DNA of 64,000 nucleotides from Amoebophrya sp. A120 (Eukaryota > Protista > Dinoflagellata): contig CAJINV010000005.1 in NCBI GenBank assembly GCA_905178155.1, positions 674,564 to 738,563 on the forward strand. Reading direction: 5' to 3'. The translations under genes and the position numbers were made by a program. The notes under the pieces are model-generated. The model searched no databases. It saw only the letters and a list, made by a program, of their open reading frames with translations, and was not told the origin of the DNA. Every line of letters starts with the position of its first letter. Position 1 is the stretch's first letter. Positions 1 to 12,644 of the stretch are shown here, in pieces.

Positions 1-520
1 TCAAATTTTGAAACGATGTTGGGTACTGACACTGAGTAATGGTGATCTCAGCAGATCACTAGTAGCATTGGATCTGGAGCTTGCGGTGAGTAAAATGGGT
101 CAACAGAAAACATACAGAAGAAAAAACACACTTTTCTAATTTTTTTATTTTTCTTTTTTCTGCAGCATTGGATGGGTGGCGTTGCGATTTCTACGAAATC
201 TGTTTTGTGCTACCTACAACTACAAAACAATAACCATAGACGTTGAATTCCATGGTGCGAAGGTAATATCGTTTTCGTCGTTCCATTCATTCAGAACTTC
301 ATTCTCATTCAGAGAACAATGAAATTCTCTTCCAAAAAACAAGTGGGATTACAGAGGAAAAAAGAGCACTCGAACGAAGTAAGATGAGGTGCGGCAGTCA
401 TAACCATAAAGCAAGCAACTCGAACAGCCCCTTGAATGCCTAAAAGCTGATATTCGAGATTGCAAGAATGCAAAAAAGTAAATGCTGAATGCGATGTTTC
501 TTTTGCATGAATTTCACTTT

Positions 521-1171
521 TTATGCCGGCATCACCAAGTTATCTCCGATGAAAAAGGTAACCGCCGCCAAGGCTCGCAGTGTTATTATCAGATTTAGCA
601 GCATGGAGTAGGCAACGCCGCCGGTGTCCAGCAAATACTGTGGCAACCTGAGCGCTACCGCGATCACAAACGAAAGTGCAAGTTTCCACACGTACTCATC
701 GACCAACTGTGCTAGCACGTCCTCTTGCATCAAAATTTCCCACCTGCTCCGCTGTCGCCGGCTCTTCCGGTCGCCCGACACGGGAGGCTGGTGGTGATCT
801 ACTCCCCGACTGGACGAACTGCCACTCCCCGCGCCAGGGCCACTGCCCAAAGCCTGACTGGACGAGCTGCTAAGCGTGGGGCTGGCGGCGCTCACGACCG
901 CGGCCTGGCCTAGGCTGGCGTCCTGGAAGATCTTCCGCCGGCGCTTCTTTGCGGCTGCGGAATCGAGAAAAAGCTGCATGGAGGTCCACAGGGCCATGTC
1001 CAAGAAAAACCCGAGGAAGTACAACCCCTGCCGCACGTAGATCCACCAGCCGTACTGGTTCCATTCTTGCAACCAACGCACCTCCTCGGGATCCAGGTTG
1101 CTGTCCGCACGGGTTACCGGTTTGGGCTCTGATGGATTTCCATTTCGCATCGATTCGTGTACTATCTTCAT
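521..1171 (-). CDS. Hypothetical membrane protein (5' end uncertain)
   Basis: 216-aa ORF with hydrophobic segments near both ends and a Ser/Gly-rich linker; no family recognised. Confidence 0.5.
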   Translation of the reverse strand: MKIVHESMRNGNPSEPKPVTRADSNLDPEEVRWLQEWNQYGWWIYVRQGLYFLGFFLDMALWTSMQLFLDSAAAKKRRRKIFQDASLGQAAVVSAASPTLSSSSSQALGSGPGAGSGSSSSRGVDHHQPPVSGDRKSRRQRSRWEILMQEDVLAQLVDEYVWKLALSFVIAVALRLPQYLLDTGGVAYSMLLNLIITLRALAAVTFFIGDNLVMPA

Positions 1172-1322
1172 GATTTGACAAAGATTTTATCTTTTTGAAG
1201 ATGTTGCGCCAGCAACGTCTATGCGGAGCATGAGAGCTGGAGGTTCAAAGCAAGTATCAACATCCAAAAAGAAGTATGCAATACCGCATTGGATCTCTAA
1301 TTCGTGAAAGGAGACGCGGCTT

Positions 1323-1530
1323 TATCAAATGCAAACAGTTCTAGGTCGCGGAAGAGGCTGACTTTTATGTCATGAGGATATCTAATTGGCGGAGTGGGTA
1401 GGTGGCTCGTCATCTGCTGTGCTACCCTAAAATTTAGGCGCCTGCACGGTTTGACAAACAATGAACTCTTTCTATCACCATCACAAGTTTTTTCGCATTT
1501 TTGCAGACCCGGACACATTTGCAGTGGATA
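1323..1530. mobile_element. Degenerate family-A TIR element
   Basis: Ends TATCAAATGCAAACAGTTCTAGGTCGCGGAAGA and GCAGACCCGGACACATTTGCAGTGGATA resemble family-A TIRs; the flanking 5-mers (GGCTT/TCCGA) no longer match. Confidence 0.55.
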
Positions 1531-1755
1531 TCCGAGTGGTCCCGACGATGTTTACTTCCCACCGATCCCCCTCGGTACTGTCCGGCCTTTTGGAAAGCAA
1601 CAAAATCTTCGCTCCAGCATGCACGATGGAGGTGCCAATATCCTTGCCGACGTGCGTACGACAAATATTCCCCGGGACATAGCCTGATCATACATTGACA
1701 TTTTTATTATTTTTTTCTTTATTATAGAATTTCAAAATGGACGAGGCATGTGCAC

Positions 1756-2316
1756 TTATTGAGGATGCGCTATACAATCTTCTCTCCAGGAGCTTAGCAG
1801 AACAAACAACGCCACTATCTCTAATATACCTTTCTCGATCTTCTGTCTCTCCAAATCTTCCGCTTTTCTTCTCGCCAGCGTTGTCTCGTCGATCTTTTCG
1901 CTGTCTTCCGGTCGCAGCCCCAGCTTCTGGTCGAGCAGGTCGATGATCACCAGCAGGTCATTCGACAAGACTTTAAGCGACCGTTTTATGTCCTGGACAA
2001 CCGACGTGTCAAATTGCAGCGATTTCGGTAACTGCCGCGGCCCCATCTCCGCCTCCTCCTCTTGTCGCCTCTTTTCCGCCTCCAGCCTTAACCGGATTTT
2101 CTCGGACTCCAACTGCATCGGCTGGCGGTGATCGATCACGGGCTTTCGCGAGCCGCCGGGCTGCGCGTGCACGACGTGTACGGGAGAATTACGCTGCAAA
2201 AACGAACTGTCAAACAGCAGCAGCTGTAGCTGCAAAAAGAGCCCGGAGACGTAGAACATGATCCGGAAAGAACGGTCAGACTGACACGCCGCAGCCGCAC
2301 GGTGCGGCGCGACCAA
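1756..2316 (-). CDS. Hypothetical protein, hydrophobic N-terminus and coiled-coil-like region
   Basis: 186-aa ORF with E/K/R-rich helices and a hydrophobic C-terminal stretch. Confidence 0.5.
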   Translation of the reverse strand: MVAPHRAAAACQSDRSFRIMFYVSGLFLQLQLLLFDSSFLQRNSPVHVVHAQPGGSRKPVIDHRQPMQLESEKIRLRLEAEKRRQEEEAEMGPRQLPKSLQFDTSVVQDIKRSLKVLSNDLLVIIDLLDQKLGLRPEDSEKIDETTLARRKAEDLERQKIEKGILEIVALFVLLSSWREDCIAHPQ

Positions 2317-2729
2317 AAAATAACAAGCAAAGATCTTCAGATGTCTTGATGTGGCTCTGAGGAACTAGTGAAATGGGTGAAATAGATATCAGGCCGAGTA
2401 AAGTATCATTGGGCAGAAGTAAAGACAGACCTCACTCGCTTTGCTTTTTCGCTCCGCTGTCCAAGTGAAAGAAAAAGAACGATCCGCCCGAAAAAGCATG
2501 GAAGGAGAAAAAAACCCAACATCAAACCAGAGTGATCCTTACCCTCTTCTGTGGGGTCGTTCGCTTTCACATATCAATCTTGATGGTAAACATGATCGGG
2601 GAGAGCCATGATGATGAACTTGCTGGTTCGTCAAGTTGCACAGCGCGTGTATAGTTTAATAGCTCCTGCAAACAAGTAGTGATAGTCCGACGTATAAAAC
2701 CACACGCCTTTCAGAAATCAACTACAATG

Positions 2730-4060
2730 TCACGCAGGTCCTCCCTCAGATGAAAACACTTTTGAATTCCTCTGCGTGCCTATCTGCCCACTTTCGATGC
2801 TGTAGCAATACCAAGTCTCCTGCTCTCGCGATTCGTCTAGCTTCACTTTCTGCGCGTTCCCGCCCAGCGTTTCCGCCCCCTGGATCAAACTCGCCGCAAT
2901 TTGCGATGTGTGCACGAAAGGGAGTGCGAAGGAGAAAGCGCCAAGAATTCGCTCCTTCAGTCGCTCTTCGGCTAGCTCGTCGCGGTCGATGGGCCCGGGG
3001 CGGGCAAAGATGGTGGGAAATTTGTATTGCTTCGCCAATTCCGCGAACTGGTTTTCTCGTCGGCCGAGCGTCTCCATGTAGCCCATCATGGAGTCCTTGT
3101 TGGCACCTTGCGAAGAGACCAAGCCGAGAGCTTTCACGTCGTAGCTCTTCGCAACGGCTTCGGCAAAGTTCACGGAATACGTGTAATCAACCAGCTCGGA
3201 AAACGGGGCGGTACCAAGGGCACAGAAAGCCATCACCTGGGGTGAGGTAAATCAATTTCTAATTTTTTCCGTTTTTCAAGAAGTCCCTCTCTTAGTAGAC
3301 GGAACGAAGGAGCAAACATTTGTTTATATCAATCCAATGTCGTCGCGACAGCGAAACAGAAAACCACTATGAGCATCAAGCCATGCGAGCGCGAAAAACT
3401 GACTCAGCTTTCCGCACTCGCAAGACTGACAAATGGTAACTGCATTAGAATCGGACGTTTTTGGTTGTTTTGCGCGCAAGAGCAGCGGTCACTCGTATGT
3501 AGATAAAACGTGAGACCTTTTGTCAACACGACCGAATGGAGAACTTCTCCACACGGTCTGACAAATTAGACATACGCGATAGGAAAATTCAAGAGACTTT
3601 GTAGGACCAAACGTCATGACTCCGTCGTTAATGAAGGATCCTTTCACAGCTTCAACATAATCGTAGTTGTGCAGATATAAGTAACAGTAAGTACTTCAGT
3701 TCCTTGCGCAATCGTTGGCAGCGGCTTGGCGTTTTCGTAGTCAAATTCGACAACATTTAGTCGTGCTGACGTGCCGCCGCCAGCACTCCCTATGTTCAGC
3801 TTGTCGTATTCTATCCCCGGAAATGCTTTCTGGACTTCGTCCCGCTTCAAGTCGGGCATTCCTTTGCCTTGTCTGACCAGCGCGTGGATCCGTGTGCAAT
3901 TCGGGCGAGCGGACAGTGCCGCAACCAACGCGCGACCGGACGCCCCGGTGCTCCCGGCAACAATCGCTTCGTACTGTTTCGCCTCGTCATAGCGGATCTG
4001 GTCCGCCTGCAGCCGGAGGTCCCCGTGGGGACCCAAATCTTGACTGCCGCTGTTACCCAT
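2730..4060 (-). CDS. TIP30/CC3 (HTATIP2/Fmp52)-like NAD(P)-binding Rossmann protein, at least 2 exons
   Basis: AIVAGSTGASGRALV dinucleotide-binding motif, AFCALGT, VDY, VSSQGAN and RPG motifs; N-terminal MGNSGS resembles a myristoylation signal; AG acceptor near 3238. Confidence 0.75.
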
Positions 4061-4877
4061 GTGAGTGAGGTAGTGGGTCTAGATCTTTGTAACTAGAGTC
4101 ATTTTTCAGGGCGGAAGCGGATGCGAATAGAGTTATAGACGAACAAATATGCTGTCCAATACTTTCGCACAACAATTGATAATACCGATTAGAGGACAAG
4201 AACCGTGAATATCGTAATTTCATGTACGTAAGAACCTAAACCGATTCATCGATTTGAGTGTGCGCGATGAGGAGAACTGTCTGTACAAACCGGATCAGGA
4301 TGTGCTGTACCCACACGATAAGAACTCAAATTGATAGTACACATGAGGCGATGTTGGCAAGACTGCGTGGCTATTGTGAAAACATGTTGAACCGAATCGA
4401 CAATCTCCTGTTCTATGTTGATCTGCTTTCGGTCGGCGTTTGCGCGCTGCAATACATTCATACAGTACTACTGACTTTTCGCTTTTACACCGATACGAAG
4501 TCAGCTGCACGACGACGTGCAGCCGCAACTAGCCGTAGCTGCGGAAGAACATGCTCCTACTTCGGGCGCCTCCACATCTCGCTGTGAAGGAAGCGCACCG
4601 ACGACCACCTAGACGAGGTTGTGCGAGTACGAGTCGTCGGCAAATTCTTATCGCGTTTTTTCGTGGTAAAAGCAAGTTGATCTCTATGTTTATTTACATG
4701 TGTTGGACTGCCGTTCTGTGTTGCGTAAACCACTCTCTTGTTGCAAAATGTAGCCAATGAACGTCTGTCAAATCTAATATTTATCGAAGGAAAAATTATC
4801 GATCGTACCTGAAAGGTTGTAAATACCTCTCCTCCATATCTATAAGTGCCGAGGCACTCATTCTACACGACTTGGTT

Positions 4878-7800
4878 TCACGCTCCTCGTTGTCGCGAGG
4901 CGGAGGCCGGCACGGCTTGCTTCACCAAAAATCCGAGACTTTCAATCTCTTCGACGACGTCGGCCCGCTGCTCCAAGTGTTGAATGGTGCAGTCCACCCG
5001 CTGTTGCGCAAAAGACACCGAGTGCACCTGGTCCACGCAAGGCAGCACTTTCAGTGCGTTGCGGACCGTCATCTCGCAGTTTCCACAGGTCATGCCTGTA
5101 ACGCCGATGATAATTCGCTCCCCGGAACCACTACCTCCGTTCTGCAACAAACTGGCACTACCCGCGCCCATCGGTTGGGATTGATTGATGCCAGATCCGC
5201 GCTGCAGGAGAAGCTGAGGTTTGTTTCGTGCGGATCATGATGCGAAATCGAAATAAGGGATTTTTCAGCTACTAGAGATTCATATCAACGTTCATCGATG
5301 TAGCAAACGAACCCGAAGAACGCCACGACTTGTTGAACAAAAGGGATTGGGTAGGATGACGACGACAAATGCTAAAAGTTATGCTTCCTTTCGTCAGCAA
5401 CTGGAAGCAATAGTATGAATAAACAGATCTACTGTACATCAGAATCCTTGATTCCGCTCCCGTCGTCGTCTTCGCCAGGTGGAACGATCGCCACCGTGCG
5501 ACCGCCACTGTTCCCCTCATTGTCTCGCATTTGCTCCTCGAGTGCGAACAGCGTCTGGCGCAGCCCCTGCGGGTTGTTCCGCCCTGCGCAGCACGCGGTG
5601 ACCGATTCCCCCACCGGGGCTCGGCTGTTGAACAGAAAGTGGCCGCCGGCGAGGCCTAGAATCACCGCGAGGAAGAGTTCGAAGCTGTAGGTCATGGTCA
5701 ATAGCATGATCAGATACCCGATGGTCATGTTGGCGGCAAACAAGCTGACTTTCACCAGTTTTCCCCCAACGGTTCGCAGATCCGTGTCGATCTTCCTTCG
5801 CACAGACACAATCCACTCCGTGAAAACCCCAAAGGCGACGATGAAGAGAAACCCGAGCGCAAACTTCCAGTGCGTGTCGAGGAGTATCGCGCTGTGAAAC
5901 AGCATGATGCAGTCTTGCTTCTCGGAAGCGAACAGGATCGATTGGAACCCGTTCATGAACATGTCGGTCTCTATCAAGCGCAAAAATGTCTGGGTCTGCA
6001 AGAGTGTAGACTTGTCATGCTGTTTTTCCATCACTCGCGAGGTCTGGAATGCGGGACTAAGCATGACAGCCTCTGCGAGGTCTCTGCCACTGCCATGCCT
6101 ATTCTGCATGAGGAACTCCGTTCCAACTTGGTCCAAAGTGGACAGCTTTTGGCACTCATGCAACACAGATTTTTGCATGCTTCAGATTTACCATGACAAG
6201 TTGCAATCTTCCAGACCCAGACATTTTTGCAATTCATAGTCTCGCTCGGGCCGCAGAACGGGTTCGGTTCCTGAAGATTCACACTTTGAGCATTATTCCC
6301 AGGATTTGGCGCACCCGCCGGGTTCGTGGTGTTCCGCCTTCGCCTGTCCACGTCGCAGTGCAGTTTACAAGTGTGGCCGTTTTTACACGGCTCGAGCTTC
6401 GGGGTGTTGTAGACGCACTGCATGTATGAACTGCAAAAGTATCGCACTCGTATAAATGCATCACAAATTTCCTCAGCATGAGAAACAAAATTTGTAATGC
6501 GGATTTATCTTAGCAAAAGGATTTGTAATGCATGACTGCAATACGAGTACGATACTTTTGCACAGGATAGCACGTCGCGGTCCGGACATTGTTCCAACCC
6601 GTTGGCGTACAAAAAGTTCGACCCGAACTCGCTCCTCTCTTGCTTCTTCTGCTGGTGCTCCTCGAAGGGGCCGGCTTTCGTGTACATGCAGCGGTGCCAG
6701 CACCAGTACCCCCCGTAGGAATCGCAGACGGACCGCAAATGTTTGTTTTTCTCGCTTTCCGGCTCGGCCTCCGCTTCCTGCCGCTCCCGCTCCTCCTCAT
6801 CTAGATCATCGTCTGGTCCTGAGGAAGCGCGGTTGGCGGCTACCAGTTGCGTCTGTGGCGGCGCGAAGTGCTGCTGTACACCGGTGCGAAGGTTGTGGAG
6901 GAAGCCAGGTTCGTCGCCCGCATAATTCTGCGCAGCACTGACTTGAGGAGAAGTTCCTTGCTGCTGTTGCTGTTGATGACCTTGTTGACCTGATGTACCA
7001 CTGCCACTACCCCCCGCTCTAGTTGTACCTAATTGCCTTCTCCGCATCTCTTGTTCTCGCTTGTCGAACCATTCTTCCAGGACCAGGCCCGGGCCGCAGG
7101 CGAGACTGCCAGCCTTGGTGTACTCCCCCTTTCTCAAGAGTGTGGCCAACTCTGAAAAAGGAACGGATTCCGAGTGGCCGAACCTTCCGATGTCGTAGTT
7201 CTGTGGAGGCAGAAGCATCATACCGTACCATAATCTCTTATCAGCAACAGTATCTTGATTCTGAGTAGTAGCACCCTGAATTTGGCTCTGTAGTTCCTGC
7301 TGCGTCTGACCTGCCGACGCAGTATCACTCACCTTCTCGAACCTCACGCGATGTGGCACGGCTCGCACCTTCAGGCCGTTCCGGGCCATGTGCCAGTTGT
7401 TGAAGCCGAGACCTCCCATTATCCTGTGCAAAAACGTCCCCACCCCCTAGTCAAGATGGGGATTTTGCAACACAAACATAGAAGTTTTGGGACTCACGCA
7501 TCACAAGTTGCTGTTCGCAATGTAGTGCAGGTTAGCAAGGACAAACGCATCACAAATCCATCTGCTTATTCTGGTTACAGCATTACAAATGCCAAAACAC
7601 GAATAGAAACGCCTCTCATGGAGTTGCGCATTACACATGTTCCTGTCATTGCAAATCTGCATCACAACTCTGGGATGGGGACATCTTTACAAATGATACC
7701 CATAATGAGCAACCGATCCAAGTTATCGACGTTGACCACAGCCGTCGACTCGTCGGCCAATTCGATTTCGAATATGGTTTTCACCGTGCTAGACTGGTGC

Positions 7801-9296
7801 AAATTTGTCATGGCAAGCAGCAACCCCGCGTCAACGTGCAGAGGGTGGAGCACATCTGTGTTTGCTGTTCGTGGAGTAGCTTCTCCAGTCGCAGCTGTGG
7901 GCGCGGATGAAACCGCAGCCGCGGTTTCGTCGGTTTCCAGGGCCGCTGTTGCGGTAGATCCACGGGGAAGGTTCGAGTTCCCTACTGCGGTCCCAGTCCC
8001 TTCTCCGATAGCACTCTGCGGAGCTCCTGTGGCTTTCACCACGTGGTGAATATGTTCCAGATGTTGTGCCGTGTACAGGAGCTGGGTTAGCTCCTGATCT
8101 TCCGACTTGTCGACCTCATCCAACGCCTGAAGGAGGTTCAGCACCGCGTTTCGCACAAGTTCGCGAAACCGAAGCATTTTGGCCTGGAAACCTGTACGTA
8201 GAAAATCAAATCACTTTCTAGCTTACAGATCTCAACAATTGGAGGCGAGAAACTTCGATTTTGTTGTTGAGAAACTAATAACCCTATGTGCGTGTCGTGC
8301 AAGACCGATTTAACCTTCCAACTTCGGCATCGATGCATCAAACTTTATACCAGGACAATTCTCTTCCGTCACACCCTCGAAGCGTTTCAGCGTTCCGGCC
8401 TGCATGGCTCCCGCGAGCGACTTCCTTGTCCAGCCATTCTCGGTTTTTGACACCGCGCTATTTGGTGCACAGCTCGCGATCGCGGCGTATGGGGCTCTCA
8501 AACGTTACATTCTCAACTGTTGCATGAATTTGTCATGCAAAAACACCATCATCATCCTCTCGATCAAGCTGCTCCGCATGACAAATTTGCGGAGGGCTAA
8601 ATAGCACTATAATCCGTCCCAAATCTGTAATGCGAAAGGCGCAATCTTCCTCCTTGTCCTTTCACTTTTGCCCTTCTTGCATTACAAATTCATGTAACAG
8701 TTGAGAATGTAACATCTGAGAACTCCATACGGCGAACGCCTCGTCTTTGGTTTCCTTGAATCGGGGCACGGAGAGCGTTATCAAGTGCAAAAATGTCTGG
8801 GTCTGGAAGAATGCAAGATTTGTGACGCAGGTTTTCCATGACCCATCAGGTCTGGAATGCGAGACCCAGCATGACAGATTTTTTGAGGTCTCGATCATGC
8901 CTTTCCTGCGTGAGAAACTCCCTCTCAACTTGGATTGGTCAAAAGCGGACAGCTTTTGGTACTCACGCAACACAGATTTTTGCATCATTCAGATTTAACA
9001 TGACAAGTTCTAACCTTCCAGACCCAGACATTTTTGCACTTGATAAGCGTAAGAATTCCCTGCTCGGCCAGAACGGTAGCCACCTCATCGCTCTTCGCCT
9101 GGAGTTCGCCCAGTGCGAAATTTGGCAGCGGGAGGGTGGGCAGAGTCGTTCCGAATCGCGCAGCTGCTGTGCCGTCCGCTTCATGCGACGCAGCTGCGTC
9201 TGATGTAGCCGCGGCGGCGGATTCCACAACCCCTACAATCGACAGGAAAAGGAACGCGAAAGCGCTCAAACCACTCCGGCGATGGTGTCCCGTCAT
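4878..9296 (-). CDS. Multi-exon fusion: signal peptide, 2OG-Fe(II) oxygenase-like domain, Cys-rich region, Ctr copper transporter and probable C-terminal HMA domain
   Basis: Frame is continuous from 9296 through the Ctr domain after removing 5 TIR elements and a GT-AG intron (about 8194-8314). Motifs HVDAGLL...RAVPHRV (HxD...H), Ctr DMFMNGF and TM2 MLLTMTY (MxxxM), and GMTCGNC in ORF 4878-5171. The HMA exon link is inferred. Confidence 0.75.
5972..6238. mobile_element. Family-A TIR introner (267 bp), DR GTCTC
   Basis: TIRs of about 30 bp; removal with one DR gives PFCGPSET|DMFMNGF. Confidence 0.93.
6425..6569. mobile_element. Family-B TIR introner (145 bp), DR GCATG/GCACG
   Basis: TIR core TGCAAAAGTATCG(C/T)ACTCGTA; removal gives CPDRDV|QCVYN. 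Confidence 0.9.
7420..7698. mobile_element. Family-C TIR introner (279 bp), DR CCCAT
   Basis: TATCCTGTGCAAAAACGTCCCCACCCC-type TIR; removal gives LLIMG|GLGFNNW. Confidence 0.92.
8488..8729. mobile_element. Family-D TIR introner (242 bp), DR CGGCG
   Basis: TIR of about 50 bp, TATGGRGYTCTCARAYGTTACATTCTCAACTGTTRCATGAATTTGT; removal gives DEAFA|AIASC. Confidence 0.92.
8779..9045. mobile_element. Family-A TIR introner (267 bp), DR AGCGT
   Basis: Removal gives EQGILT|LSVPRF. Confidence 0.93.
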
Positions 9297-10833
9297 GGTC
9301 CGGCACTAGGTCGGCGGATCGGCTAAAAATTGAAAAATAAAAAAGTGAAACAAATGACTGAAATAATTTGTACTTTTGTACAATGAATTGATTCGTCTAC
9401 CTGTTCCAAATCAACGTAAGTATTCACAGAAAAAATGAACAATCAAGGGGTCGAATCACAAGCCCAAAAATAGTCAAGCGGGAGGAAGTCCTGTTTCGTG
9501 AGTGAAATGCTTTGCTGTACACTTGCCAAAATGTTGACGAAAGTTTATTGCACTTCCCTGACCCTTTACAAAAATCCTAATCCTAAAAATGGAAAACGAT
9601 CGAAACGGAAAGCAGCTAAATTGTGTCGATAATAAAAAATCCAGCTAAAAAGAAATAAGCTCTTGAGAAAACCTACTAAACCACTCGGAGGACAAAAAGA
9701 AATCGAGCTGTATGCTCAGGCATCTTAGCTTCGAATCTTCGAAGATCTTGATATAAATATTACACGACGGCAATGCCGCTGTTATGCCTGTGCAGAAATG
9801 GGAATAGAGAAAGTTTCAGGTGGTCGATCGAACGATACCGATTTTTGAGTTCCTTTCTCGACCGTCTGAGAAGCCAGGACCTAATCGTGGCGTGGTTGAA
9901 GAGCAGTCAAAGTCACGGCTGCACTGTAACTGTACTATGGAACAGGCTACAATTCGTCAAAGGACCTACAAGTTGCTTTAGCACCGGGTACTGCTCCTCA
10001 GTACCTTGCTCTTTTTTGAAATCCATCGTTGTGTTGACTACTTACGTCTCGTTTCGCCGAAACGAGATGCAAAAATGGAACTGGGGTTCCGTACAAGTTT
10101 TATGCCTTGAAGACCATTCGGGGGTGGATTTTTCGGAATCTTCCACTGGTATCATTTAAAACTTCCGGGTCAACATCGGCCGACAAGGGTTTTGGTTTTC
10201 ATCTGCTTCGAAACGTAAGACGCGAGAACTCTTATCGTACACTAAGACTACCACTACACTCCTAATTCTGTAAGTATGAGTTTGCATCCTTTTCTTGGCC
10301 ACAAGCATGACAACGTTACGGGTCCATGCCTGCTAGAGCATTTTCATCCGTTCGAAAAAACTTCATGTGAGAAATACATCGCCTGTCCAGTTGTGTAGTA
10401 GCTCCTGCTCCGTCTTGTGGGGATAAGCGGTATCGCTAGTACGAGATGTACAGCGGGTACCTTCACCTTCTATATGGAAAAACTAAATAGATAGATTCTC
10501 GAGATTGATCATACGGTCGAAAAAACTGTACCAAAAGTTAAGAGATCAAAAACGGCTCAGGCACGGTATCTTCGATCTTTTGCTCTCGCGTCGTCTATAC
10601 GCGTTCATTCATTCATAGTAAAGGTGAAGCTGCACGTTGTTGTAGCATTTTCATCTGGCCTTCTATTCCATACAGGAAAACTGAATGCACAAAAAGTCAA
10701 ACATCGTCACGGCGTGAAAAATGTAGGCGGGAATAAAGAACTTGTTCGTTTAAAGCTCAAAGAATTTGTGAGCCGTGCCCGCAATTGTGCATCGTCCATC
10801 TTGAATATGCAGCAGTAGACATGATTTTCTTTT

Positions 10834-12644
10834 TCACAAATCTTGCCAGTTCAGAATGACTTTGCCGGAAGATGACGACACCGCTTTCTCGAACGCGGTT
10901 TGGTAGTCTTTGATCGCGTAGTGGTGCGTGATGATCGGCGAAACGTCGAATCCCGAGTCGAGAACCGCCATCATTTTGTACCACGTCTCGTACATTTCAC
11001 GCCCGTAGATACCTGCGATAAAAGAGAAAATCGCTTTTGCCGCATTTGTGTTTGTGGAATTCGAATCCATAGCCTCTATTGTTGCAGTAGCGGAAGCGCA
11101 ACGGCACATCTTCGTGTACTACCGGGAAGTAACTAACAAATTGATGAGTTAACGAGTTATACCTTTGATTTCCAGCCCCTTGAAAATGACATCGGACCAG
11201 GGGATTTGTGCGGAGTCCGGCACGAGACCGAGCAGCGCGATCTTGCCCCCGTTGTTCATGGTATGAATCATGTTGACAAACGCGTGCTCGTTCCCCGACA
11301 TCTCGTATCAACTGCAAAAATGTCTGGGTCTGGAAGATTCTGAGACTCGTCATGCACGTTTTGCGTGGGCCATGAGGTCTGTGATGCATGCCCTAGCATC
11401 ACAGACTTTTTGAGGACTTCTTGATGCCTATTCCGCATGACAGATGCCCTCTCCGCGTAGCCAAAATCGATTCCCTTTGCTGGTCATGCAATGCAGATTT
11501 TTTTGGAATCCAAATGCAGCATCACAAGTTCGGACTCTTCCAGACCCAGACATGTTTGCATTTGATATCTCGAGCCCGACGTCAAATCCTTCTTTCAACC
11601 CCATTTCGTCGAAAGCGACCTCGGAGAGATCTTCTTTCGCGACGTTGACCACGCGGTCGATCTGGGGCATTTTTCTCGCGAGCTCCAACCGGTAGTCGTT
11701 GACATCGGTGATGGCCACGCGCCGCGCACTGTATTTGGATACATATATTCGCGGTGAAAATTGTGGATGCATAGCTGCATAATATCATAAGTATCTGCAG
11801 TAGAAGAGGTTGCACTAGATTTTCTCATGCAGAAAAAGCCATGCCCTACTAGACAACATTTCCTCCAGTACCCAGCTCTCTTCGCCAACATGGCGCCCAT
11901 GATTCCAATCGGCCCCGCGCCCGTGACCAAGACGTCCTCCCCGACAAGGTCAAATGCGAAGGCCGTGTGCACCGCGTTTCCCAAGGGATCGAGGATCGAC
12001 GCGACGTCGTCGGAGATGGAATCTGGCAGAATAAACACGTTCTCCGCCGGCAGCGCCAGATACTCGGCAAACGCCCCCGGCATGTTGACGCCGATCCCCT
12101 CGGTTTTCCGGCACAGGTGCCGGCGCCCCGCACGGCAATTGCGGCACATCCCGCACACCAAATGTCCCTCCCCGGACACGCGGGTGCCAATTTTCAGGCC
12201 CTTCTGCGCCGCGCCCTCGCCCATTTCCACGATCTCGCCGGAGTACTCGTGGCCGACCGTGAGTCCGACGGGCACCGCGTTCTGCGCCCAGGGCGTCCAC
12301 TTGTAGATGGACACGTCGGTGCCGCAAATCGCGGTCTTCTTGATTTTTATCAGCACGTCGTTATAGCCCGGCTTCGGGATCGGCACCTCGTTCATCCAGA
12401 TCCCCTCCTCCGCGTGCACCTTTGCCAACGTACGCATCGACGCAAAGTTTCTTCGAGATGTTCTTGCGGTAGAGCTACTCGACGACGATGTTGCCGACGA
12501 TGGAGGTGCAGTCGTGTTTGCGACCACCGGCGAGCAAACGAAGGAACTTGCCTGCCTCGACGAAGACGCGAGCGGCGCGGTTGCCGCACGACTGGCCGAT
12601 CGAACAGCGCCAGAACGGCGGAGATTCTTCATCTGGTGGAGCAT
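10834..12644 (-). CDS. tdh: L-threonine 3-dehydrogenase, Zn-dependent bacterial type, with N-terminal extension
   Basis: [41 protein letters not shown] and [14 protein letters not shown] closely match E. coli Tdh as I recall it; two GT-AG introns (about 11730-11871 and 11013-11162) and one TIR element. Confidence 0.95.
11306..11567. mobile_element. Family-A TIR introner (262 bp), DR TCTCG
   Basis: Removal restores the conserved Tdh motif GLE|MSG. Confidence 0.96.

Noticed and set aside
10834-12644. Bacterial contamination suggested by tdh
   Set aside because: The gene has GT-AG introns, a host-type TIR element and eukaryotic neighbours.
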